From Candidatus Hydrogenedentota bacterium (GTDB lineage Bacteria; Hydrogenedentota; Hydrogenedentia; Hydrogenedentales; SLHB01), in contig JABWCD010000001.1 of assembly GCA_013359265.1 (NCBI GenBank), positions 41,000-104,999 of the forward strand: 64,000 bases of DNA, in the 5' to 3' direction. The translations under genes and the position numbers were made by a program. This document shows positions 30,483 through 39,072 of this stretch, piece after piece. The notes beneath the pieces were generated by a model. The model was not told where the DNA came from and made no database searches. It saw only the letters and a program-made list of their open reading frames with translations. The stretch's first letter is position 1, and each line of letters starts with the position of its first letter.

Positions 30483-31220
30483 TCACGGTTGGTTCGTGGT
30501 ACACCAATCGAATGTGGAAAGTACTGGTGACGCCAACTCGACGGTGATCGCCGCGGCGTAGTCATCGCCGACGTCGAGGTCGCGGACACACCACGCGTCC
30601 GTTTCGCCCGGTCTCGCATGCACAAGGACGCGGAGCCTGTCGTTATCGTCTTCCGCGATCGAAAACGCGTTCAGCGGATAGGACAACCCTTCGCCATGCG
30701 CCTTGATGAACGACTCTTTCCGCGTCCATTGTTGAGTAAATGCGCGGACGCGATCGGCGTCGCGCACGGCGCGAAGGAGCGCCGATTCGGATTCCGTGAA
30801 AAACCGGTCCGCGATGCGCTGGCCGTCGAAGTCGGGGCGGCACCGCTCGACGTCGATGCCGATGCGCGCGGCGCGCGCAAACGCGATCAGTACGATGTCG
30901 CCGGAGTGCGCGAGGTTGAAGCGCAAATCGCTTCCGTGCGCCGCTGCGAGGTCCGGCTTGCCATGCGATGTGTATGTGAGCTGGACGCCGGCCGGCGGGA
31001 TGTTCAGGTACATGCCGAGCAGTTCTCTCAGGACACCGCGCGCGGCGACGTAGTTGTCGCGGCCCCGCTCGAAATGGAAACGCGCGGCGCGGTCGCGTTC
31101 GTCGGGCGCGAGCGAATTAATGAAACGGGTAATCGCGCTGTGTGACGCATCAGACGATGCTTTCCACACGTGCACGTCATCCGATTCGAGCTGGGGATCG
31201 GCTGGTGGCGACTTCCACAT
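30483..31220 (-). CDS. Sfp-type 4'-phosphopantetheinyl transferase
   Basis: HGKP, FNLAHSG, IGIDVE, WTRKESFIKAHGEG. Confidence 0.95.
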   Translation of the reverse strand: MWKSPPADPQLESDDVHVWKASSDASHSAITRFINSLAPDERDRAARFHFERGRDNYVAARGVLRELLGMYLNIPPAGVQLTYTSHGKPDLAAAHGSDLRFNLAHSGDIVLIAFARAARIGIDVERCRPDFDGQRIADRFFTESESALLRAVRDADRVRAFTQQWTRKESFIKAHGEGLSYPLNAFSIAEDDNDRLRVLVHARPGETDAWCVRDLDVGDDYAAAITVELASPVLSTFDWCTTNQP

Positions 31221-31380
31221 GGAATGAAGCTACCGCATCGCGCGCGAAAATGCGAGTGTCAAACGCCAGCTTTGCTGGGAGCCAAAACGTCGGCGCTGGT
31301 CCTGTCACCCCCTTTCGCCGCGCACCACATTGTCCCGATAGAGGAATCCGGCCTTTCGGCGTTGTCAATCGAAAATCGCG

Positions 31381-32277
31381 CTAACCGCCTGCGAGGCGCG
31401 CTTCGGCAAGCTCGATAGCGTCGCGCAGGCTCTCCCCCACGACTTCGATCGCGGGTTGCAACATCAGCGTAACGTGGTTGCCGGGGGTGTCGTAGACTTT
31501 GAGGCCCTCGAGCGCGACGCCGCCCCAGCCCATTGCGGGGTCAGGATCGTGCAGTCCGAGCGAGGCGCTGTCACTGGCTTTGATGAGCGCGCCGTGGGCG
31601 TGAATGGGTTGTGGTTTGTACTTCCGGAGAACGGTCATGTTTGCGACGAGCACGCGCAGGCTGCGGAAGAGGCCCGGCGGCTGCAAGTCGAGGTGCGGGC
31701 GACGCTCAATCACGTCGGCGATTGGCGCACGCCCGAGCAGACGCATACATACGCGCATAAACGGCGCGAGCACGGAGCCGTGCTTAATGCGGTCGCCAAA
31801 CATGACGTAGAACCCGTCGCGGAAGTACGGGCCGGTGTGGCTGAACACGGCGATGATTATTTTCGGTATTACGTAGAGCCGCTGGATCGGCGTCAGGTTT
31901 GCGATCGGCGATTCGCGGCCCGGCCCATTCACGCGCATATCGAGCACGATGAGTTCGACTCTATCGCCGGTCTTCTCGAGTTGATGTGCCATCTCGAGCG
32001 CAACCATCGCACCGAAGGACCAGCCGCCGATAATGTACGGACCTGCGGGCTGGTGCGCCTTCAGTGCGGCAACATCGGCGCGCGCAAGGTCTTCGACCGT
32101 GCGAAACACGGGCGTTTCCGGGTTCAGGCTGGGGTCTTGGATCGCGTAAAACGGCCGGTCTTCGTCCCAATACTCGAGCACATGGTAGCAGGGGAAGACG
32201 ACGCCGCTGGCGGGCGCGCACAGGTAGAACGGGCGCTTTGAACCGGTGGGGTGCAGAGCAAACAGATGCGGGACCAT
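31381..32277 (-). CDS. Standalone thioesterase, paralogue of the PKS terminal TE
   Basis: GGWSFG nucleophile, VLD, PGNH; N-terminus MVPH...PFYLCAPASG parallels the PKS TE. Confidence 0.9.
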   Translation of the reverse strand: MVPHLFALHPTGSKRPFYLCAPASGVVFPCYHVLEYWDEDRPFYAIQDPSLNPETPVFRTVEDLARADVAALKAHQPAGPYIIGGWSFGAMVALEMAHQLEKTGDRVELIVLDMRVNGPGRESPIANLTPIQRLYVIPKIIIAVFSHTGPYFRDGFYVMFGDRIKHGSVLAPFMRVCMRLLGRAPIADVIERRPHLDLQPPGLFRSLRVLVANMTVLRKYKPQPIHAHGALIKASDSASLGLHDPDPAMGWGGVALEGLKVYDTPGNHVTLMLQPAIEVVGESLRDAIELAEARLAGG

Positions 32278-32289
32278 GCGGAGGCGGGT

Positions 32290-35200
32290 CTACGCTTCTT
32301 CGTCCGGCGCGGGGCCGCCGCGCTCCGCGATCGCTTTGTCCATTCCTTCGCGCAGCACTTTCGCAACGTGCTCGACATATGGCGGGTTCATCAGCACGGC
32401 ATGGTTGCCCGGAACTTCGACAATATCGATTCCGCCTTCGGCCAGGTCGCCCCAGCCAAGCGTCCAGTCTTCGTGCAACTTGTGCATGATGGACTGGTCT
32501 TCGGCGCGCAGGAGCGTGATGCGGCCACGATAGGGCTGCAGCTTGTACGCAAGCAAAGCCTTCAAATTGGCCTTCAGCACGCGGACGGTCCGCCGCGTCT
32601 TCGGTTGCTTTATCAATAGCACGCGATTGTTGCGCGTGGCAATCTGCGCCATGTCCGCCTTTTTCACGAGCGTGTGGCGAATGACATCCGCGAACGCGAA
32701 CGAGAAGTATTCCCACAACGACGGCTCGTCGGCGGATTTTTTCCGGTTCTTCAGTTTTGACGGAAGGATGATGTAGATGAAATCGCGCGCGTAGGGCGGC
32801 CAGTGGCCCACGACTTTCACCGACATTTTCAACTGGCCCCACAGGTATCTCAGCCATTCGCCCGCGGTGCGCGCGCGATGCTTCTCGATGCGCGCCTCGG
32901 TGTCGATGATGCCGAGGAAGGCCACGTCTTCGCCTGCGGCGATGAGCTGCTGCGCCGTCTCGAATGCGACGGCGCCACCGAATGACCAGCCGCCGATGTA
33001 GTACGGGCCACTGGGCTGGATGCTGCGGATCGCCTTTACCTGTTCGGCGCAGAGCAACTCCATCGTGGGCAGCGGATCGATCGCGGGGTTGAGCGCGGGG
33101 TCCTGCAAGCCGTAGATGGGCTGGTTTTCGCCCATGTAGCGCGGCAGGTGGAAGTACATGAACGTCATGCCGCCTGCCGGCGCGCAACAGAAGAACGGAG
33201 GGCGGTCGCCCTTGGGCTGAATCGCAACGACGTGCGGCACCGTCGCTGACAGACCGACCTCGGCATTCACGGAACCGGGCACTTCGACGGGCAGCGGGTA
33301 CTCGAGTTCCGCGGCGACGCGGCGCGCGAACCCGCCGAGTTTGCGCGGCAGCCGCGTGCGTTTCCATACGTCGCCCAGCGATGCGTCAATGCCATCGTGT
33401 TTCTTAAAGTTCGGATCGCCGATGTGCATGGACGTCGCGTGGACGCCATCAGTCATGCGGTCGCCTTCGTAGGGCGTAAGCACCGCCGGATCAAAGGGAA
33501 TGCCGAGAAACGCGCACATCGCCTTCATCGATTCCTCGGGCTTCGCGACGATGTCCTCGTACTTCACAACGTATTTGCGATCGGAATCGATATTCTCCAG
33601 GAAGTCGGAGATGTTTGCGTTATGGGCGGTCCACACGTCCTCTCCCGCGGCCATGGGGTCGGCCTCACCGTCCATCATGAGGCGATCGAAGCGGTTGCGG
33701 ATGAAGGACTCGATCACCGAATACGGATGGCGCACGAGATGGATGTATTTCGCGCCGTCGAAGATGCGTTCGGCGTGATCGAGAATGTCGGCGCCCTCGC
33801 CGTACGAGGGCGATTTATCCACGAGCAGCCTGGGCGCGACGAGTTCCTGCATGTCGGCGTAGACCTTCTCGACGGGCACATCGTTTCTAACGTACTCGTC
33901 GACGTGCGCCTTAGCCTGTTCGGCGGTGAATCCGCGCAGCTCCATCCAAGCGCGCGGCAGGCCTTCCCCAAGGAACGAGGTGCCAAGGCCGTTATGCCAT
34001 TCGCGCATCGTGTTGTACTGGAGCAGGTGAAACTCCGGCGGGCTGAACAATTGCGGGTGCCCGGCGAGCATGACGCGAAGCAGTGTCGAGCCCGAACGCG
34101 GCGCGGACAGGAGAAACACCGCCGGCTTGTTCTTGACTGCCGGGCCAATGCGCCGCAGGCGCGGACGCAACCGCGCCGCTGTGGACCGCGCCGTAGTCTG
34201 CGCGGGCTGCGCGTCGGCACGGTGATCAAGCTGCGCGACTTCGTGAACGAGGTAAGGCGCGAGATCGGCGATTGTTGGCCGATCGAAGAGCTCCTTCGGG
34301 AACAGGCGCACGCCGAGATCGCGTTCGATGCTGTTCACGATTTCCATCATCATGATCGAGTCCACGCCCAACTCGCCGAAGTTGCGGTCGATCGCGATAG
34401 AGTCTTCGTTCCGACTGAGCACCTGCGCGACCTGGCGACGAAGATACGCCTCGATCGCTTCGACGTCATTTGCCGCGGGTTTTGCCGGCGCCTTCGGCGC
34501 CGCGGCAGCGGGCGATTTCGCGTGACCGTTTATCAGTTCGGAGAACATCGGCGATTCCGCAAACATTGGAATGCGGTTTCCAATCCGGTCCCAGTCGGCG
34601 TGCAACACGCCGATGTGCGACTCCCCGCTGGACATAAGCGAATCGAGCACGGCGATGCCTTCGCTAGGCTGCAGGCTGTCAATGCCTTGCGCGGCCCAGC
34701 GGTGGACCAATTGTGTGCGCGCGGCCATGCCCGTTTCGGCCCACGGGCCCCAATTGATGCACAGGGCCGGCTGACCGTGGGCCCGGCGATGGTGCGCCAA
34801 CGCATCCATGAAAGCGTTGCCCGCCGCGTAGTTTGCCTGGCCGGGCGCGCCCATGACGGCGGCGACCGACGAGAACAGCACGAAGAAATCGAGCCGGTTC
34901 GCCGCGCCGTTTCCGTTGGCGTCGAAGTGGCGATGCAGCAGCATCGTGCCGTCCACCTTGGGCCGCATCACGGCCGTGAGCGAATCCATGCTCAGATTGG
35001 TGACGGCATGATCGTCAATCACGCCCGCCGCGTGCACGACTCCGCGAATCGGCGGGAGGCCGCTCCGATCATACGCGGCGAGGAAATCGCGGACCTGCAT
35101 TTCGTCCGTCACATCGACGGACGCGCAGCGCACCTCCACACCGTCAGCCTCGAGGGCCACGACGGTGTCGATCCGCTCGCGTATCGCGGTGTCCGATACC

Positions 35201-38200
35201 GTGTTCCATTCTTCGCGCGGAGGCAATGGCGTACGGCCAAACAGCACGACGTGCTTCGCGCCGCGCCCGCCCAGCCACTTTGCGACGTGCAGGCCGAGGC
35301 CGCCAAGACCACCGGTAACGACGTAGGTCGCATCGGGCCGGCATTGAATCGCAGCGCCCTTCCCATTACCCGTTGTGCCATTATTCTTCGCGAGCCGGGC
35401 GGCAAATCGCCGGCCCGAGCGGAAACCGATCTGGTCCTCGCCATCGGGTGCGTCAAGCTCGCGCAATAGCAAATCGGCGGACGAATCGCCGGCATGCGGG
35501 TCGAGATCGACGAGTCCGCCCCACAGGCGCGCGTGTTCGAGCGCGACACTGCGGCCGAATCCCCACAACGGGGCTTGCGCCGCCGCGACACCGCCGTTCA
35601 ACGCCTCGATGCTTTGCGCGCCGCGCGTGACGCACCAGAGCAGACGTTGCGAACGGCTCGCGAAATGCCCATCACGCTCTCCGGACTCGGAAATCGATTG
35701 GACGAGGTGGAGCATTGCGCCGCACCCAAGCGCATGCGCATGGTGCAACGATTGCAGCGTTGCGTCGTCAATATTGGGCGCATCGAGCGACCAGAGGTGA
35801 ACGATGCGATCGCATGTACGGCCAATTTCGTTCCAAAGCCGATCAAAATCGGCGCCATTCATTGGATCGAGGGAAATGTCGTCCGCGGCGGCGGCCTCAT
35901 AGGAGTCCGCTGCCCGCACAATAATCGCGGACCCACCGCGCGCACGCACGCGTTGCGCCAACGCGTCCCCCGCTCCGGACTTATCGGCAAGAATCAACCA
36001 ACGCGAGGGCATTGCGCCGGGCTGGGTGGCGTTGTTCTTCTGAATCCACTTGACCTGATACAGCCAATCGCTTACGCGACTCGCACTGACTGTTTGCGCA
36101 GAAGCCGCCGTTGGCGCGGGCGCTTTGCGTGTCGTCGCCGAATTATCGAGCCAGTGGCGCTGCTTCGCGAACGGATAGGTCGGCAGTGAAATGCGCGAAC
36201 GCACGTACGGTGCGTCGAATCCTTTCCAATCGATCTTCGCCCCGGCGACATACAGCGACTGCAGCGAACGCAGGATGACTTGCCAGTCGTCTTGTCCCTT
36301 CGCAAGCGACGGAAGCCAAACCGCGGCATCCTTCGCCACGCAGCGGGCGCCCATGCCGGACAACGTGGCCTGCGGGCCCACTTCGAGAAACGTGTTGAAT
36401 CCGAGTCCTGTAATTGACTTTATGCCGTCCAGGAACTGCACGGCTTCGCGCAGGTGATTGCGCCAATAGTTCGCAGTGAATGCGTTCGCGTCGTCCGGCA
36501 CGCCGCCGTAGAGATTCGAGACGACAGGTATCTGCGGCGATTTGAACGCGATCGTGGAAGCGAATTGCTCGAACGCGTCCAACATCGGGTCCATAAGTGG
36601 AGAATGAAACGCGTGCGAGACGTTCAGTTTGATCGATTTCACGCCGCGCTCTTTGAATTCGGCAAGCAGCGCATCCACTTCTTGTTCCGGACCGGAGACA
36701 ACTGTATTTGCGGGGCCGTTGATGCCCGCGATCGCGACTACGCCAGTGCGCGAGACAAGTCCCGCCGCGACTGTATCGCGATCGGTGAGGACCGCGGCCA
36801 TCGTGCCGCCGGGTGGCATCGACCCCATGAGACGGGCCCGCTCGGCGATAAGGTTGAGGCCATCCTCGAACGAGAACACGCCTGCTACGCACGCCGCGAC
36901 GTATTCGCCGACGCTGTGCCCCATCACGATCGAGGGCGTGATGCCCCACGACTTCCACAGTCCCGCGAGCGCGTATTCAATCGCAAACAGCGCGGGCTGT
37001 GTGTATGCGGTTTCGTCAAGCGGCGTCGCAGAGCCTTCTTCGGGATATATTGCCTTCAAGAGAGGGACTTCGAGCCTCGGGCGCAACACTTCGTCGCACT
37101 CGTTCATGACACGGCGAAACACGGGACTGGCTTCGTAGAGTCCGCGGCCCATTTGGGGGAACTGCGCGCCCTGCCCAGTGAAGAGGAACGCGAGTCGCGT
37201 TTCCGTATTTGGTTTCGCCTCGCCAACGACGGCGGACTTAGCAGAGCCATTCTCGGCGAATTCGCGTAAGGTGTTTACAGCTTCGCCGGTAGTACCTGCA
37301 ATGATTGCAACTCGTTTTGCGAGGTGTGCGCGGCCCGTATTCGCCGAATAGCAGAAATCGGCCAAAGGCGCCGAATCGATCGCATCCGCATACCGTCCCG
37401 CGAGCGTCGTCAATGCGTCGTCGGTCTGCGCGGACAGCGCGAGTGCGTGCAGTGGGCGCTCAGCCTGCGACTCGGGCTTTGGCGCGGTTGCAGGCGGCGC
37501 TTCGAGAACGACGTGCGCATTCGCTCCGCCGAAACCGAACGAACTCACACCGGCAACGCGCTTGCGCTTCGACGTTTCCCACTGCTCCGTCTGCGTCGCG
37601 ATGCGCAGGGGCGTGCCTTCTATTTCGATAAGGGGGTTGATCTGCTTTAGGTGGAGGTGGGCCGGAATCGTACCACGTTCCAACACCAAGGCCGTTTTGA
37701 TTAGACCGGCAATACCGGCGGCCGCCTCGAGATGTCCAATGTTCGTTTTGACCGAGCCAAGCACGCAAGGCTCGTTTGCCGCGCGTTCGGGCAGCAGGAC
37801 CGCTTTCAGCGCATCCACCTCGATTGGGTCACCCAGCGATGTGCCGGTGCCGTGCGCCTCGACATAGCCGACGTCGCGATGCGAGACGCCCGCATCGGCG
37901 AGTGCGCGCCGGATAACGTCCTGTTGCGCGAGTTGGTTTGGCGCCGTAATTCCATTGCTGCGGCCATCGTGATTCACCGCGGAGCCGCGAATGACCGCAT
38001 GGATCGCGTCGCCATCGGCAATCGCCTCGGACAACCGTTTTAGCACGACGACGCCGCAGCCTTCGCCGCGCACATAACCGTCGGCGGATGCGTCGAACGT
38101 CTTGCACAGTCCATCCGGCGCCATCATGCGCGCATGCGAAAACACCATATTCACTTCGGGCGAGAGAATCACGTTGACGCCGCCTGCGAGTGCGAGCGAG

Positions 38201-39057
38201 CTTTCACCCTTACGCAGGCTTGTCACGGCTTGATGCACCGCGACGAGGGACGACGAGCACGCGGTATCGACGGCGATGCTCGGCCCGCGCAAGTCAAGGA
38301 AATAGGAAATGCGGTTTGGCGCGAGGCTGTGCGCGTTGCCGGTGCCTGCGTACGCATCGACGCGGTTGGCGTCGCCGAGTTGCAGACTCGAGTAGTCACT
38401 CGAACTGATGCCGACGAATACGCCTGTTTGCGATCCCGCGAGCGACGTTGGTGGCACGCCCGCGTCCTCGAGCGCTTCCCACGCGGTCTCCATGAGCAGG
38501 CGCTGCTGCGGGTCCATGCGCGCGGCCTCGCGCGGCGATATGCCGAAGAAATCGGCGTCGAACGTATCGACACGATCGAGGAACCCGCCGCGGCGCGTGT
38601 ACATTTTCCCCGGCGCGCCGGGGTTTGCATCGAAATAGTCGTCGATCTTCCAGCGGTCAGCGGGCACTTCCGAGATTGCGTCTGTGCCATTCGTCAACAA
38701 GGACCAGAACGCGTTTACTGAAGCGGCGCCGGGCGCACGGATTCCCATGCCGATAATGGCGACGGGTTCATTCGACACGCCAACGGCCGGAGGTGCGTCA
38801 AGAGCAGCCGCCTGATTCTCGCCCGCAAGATGCGCGGCAAGTTGCGCAATGGACGGATACTCCCACAGGAGCGTCGGCGACAGCTTCTTGCCGAGCCAAT
38901 CTTCGAGATCGCCGGAAATCGTCACGGCGTCGCGCGACGCCATCCCGAGATCGTCGAACGCTGCCGACGGTTTGATCGCACTGCGGTCGACCCCCAACTC
39001 TGCGGCGACGTGCTCGATGAGCCACGCCTGTATAGCTTCCTTACTCGGCAATCGCAT
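32290..39057 (-). CDS. Type I PKS: ACP-KS-AT-KR-ACP-sulfotransferase-TE (Ols/CurM-like)
   Basis: ACP GMAS; KS DTACSSS/HGTGT/NIGHLE; AT GHSVG and HAFH (malonyl); KR TGGLGGLG/VIDD/YAAGN; ACP GVDS; ST PRSGST/PPEFH/DKSP/RHPYSVIES; TE GWSFG/PGNH; start ATG 39057 (or GTG 39072). Confidence 0.96.
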   Translation of the reverse strand: MRLPSKEAIQAWLIEHVAAELGVDRSAIKPSAAFDDLGMASRDAVTISGDLEDWLGKKLSPTLLWEYPSIAQLAAHLAGENQAAALDAPPAVGVSNEPVAIIGMGIRAPGAASVNAFWSLLTNGTDAISEVPADRWKIDDYFDANPGAPGKMYTRRGGFLDRVDTFDADFFGISPREAARMDPQQRLLMETAWEALEDAGVPPTSLAGSQTGVFVGISSSDYSSLQLGDANRVDAYAGTGNAHSLAPNRISYFLDLRGPSIAVDTACSSSLVAVHQAVTSLRKGESSLALAGGVNVILSPEVNMVFSHARMMAPDGLCKTFDASADGYVRGEGCGVVVLKRLSEAIADGDAIHAVIRGSAVNHDGRSNGITAPNQLAQQDVIRRALADAGVSHRDVGYVEAHGTGTSLGDPIEVDALKAVLLPERAANEPCVLGSVKTNIGHLEAAAGIAGLIKTALVLERGTIPAHLHLKQINPLIEIEGTPLRIATQTEQWETSKRKRVAGVSSFGFGGANAHVVLEAPPATAPKPESQAERPLHALALSAQTDDALTTLAGRYADAIDSAPLADFCYSANTGRAHLAKRVAIIAGTTGEAVNTLREFAENGSAKSAVVGEAKPNTETRLAFLFTGQGAQFPQMGRGLYEASPVFRRVMNECDEVLRPRLEVPLLKAIYPEEGSATPLDETAYTQPALFAIEYALAGLWKSWGITPSIVMGHSVGEYVAACVAGVFSFEDGLNLIAERARLMGSMPPGGTMAAVLTDRDTVAAGLVSRTGVVAIAGINGPANTVVSGPEQEVDALLAEFKERGVKSIKLNVSHAFHSPLMDPMLDAFEQFASTIAFKSPQIPVVSNLYGGVPDDANAFTANYWRNHLREAVQFLDGIKSITGLGFNTFLEVGPQATLSGMGARCVAKDAAVWLPSLAKGQDDWQVILRSLQSLYVAGAKIDWKGFDAPYVRSRISLPTYPFAKQRHWLDNSATTRKAPAPTAASAQTVSASRVSDWLYQVKWIQKNNATQPGAMPSRWLILADKSGAGDALAQRVRARGGSAIIVRAADSYEAAAADDISLDPMNGADFDRLWNEIGRTCDRIVHLWSLDAPNIDDATLQSLHHAHALGCGAMLHLVQSISESGERDGHFASRSQRLLWCVTRGAQSIEALNGGVAAAQAPLWGFGRSVALEHARLWGGLVDLDPHAGDSSADLLLRELDAPDGEDQIGFRSGRRFAARLAKNNGTTGNGKGAAIQCRPDATYVVTGGLGGLGLHVAKWLGGRGAKHVVLFGRTPLPPREEWNTVSDTAIRERIDTVVALEADGVEVRCASVDVTDEMQVRDFLAAYDRSGLPPIRGVVHAAGVIDDHAVTNLSMDSLTAVMRPKVDGTMLLHRHFDANGNGAANRLDFFVLFSSVAAVMGAPGQANYAAGNAFMDALAHHRRAHGQPALCINWGPWAETGMAARTQLVHRWAAQGIDSLQPSEGIAVLDSLMSSGESHIGVLHADWDRIGNRIPMFAESPMFSELINGHAKSPAAAAPKAPAKPAANDVEAIEAYLRRQVAQVLSRNEDSIAIDRNFGELGVDSIMMMEIVNSIERDLGVRLFPKELFDRPTIADLAPYLVHEVAQLDHRADAQPAQTTARSTAARLRPRLRRIGPAVKNKPAVFLLSAPRSGSTLLRVMLAGHPQLFSPPEFHLLQYNTMREWHNGLGTSFLGEGLPRAWMELRGFTAEQAKAHVDEYVRNDVPVEKVYADMQELVAPRLLVDKSPSYGEGADILDHAERIFDGAKYIHLVRHPYSVIESFIRNRFDRLMMDGEADPMAAGEDVWTAHNANISDFLENIDSDRKYVVKYEDIVAKPEESMKAMCAFLGIPFDPAVLTPYEGDRMTDGVHATSMHIGDPNFKKHDGIDASLGDVWKRTRLPRKLGGFARRVAAELEYPLPVEVPGSVNAEVGLSATVPHVVAIQPKGDRPPFFCCAPAGGMTFMYFHLPRYMGENQPIYGLQDPALNPAIDPLPTMELLCAEQVKAIRSIQPSGPYYIGGWSFGGAVAFETAQQLIAAGEDVAFLGIIDTEARIEKHRARTAGEWLRYLWGQLKMSVKVVGHWPPYARDFIYIILPSKLKNRKKSADEPSLWEYFSFAFADVIRHTLVKKADMAQIATRNNRVLLIKQPKTRRTVRVLKANLKALLAYKLQPYRGRITLLRAEDQSIMHKLHEDWTLGWGDLAEGGIDIVEVPGNHAVLMNPPYVEHVAKVLREGMDKAIAERGGPAPDEEA

Positions 39058-39072
39058 CTTCCTGTCGCACAC

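Noticed and set aside
33397..35469. 690-aa plus-strand ORF and other long antisense ORFs (e.g. 47917..49854, 62425..63849)
   Set aside because: Shadow ORFs opposite well-supported genes in high-GC DNA
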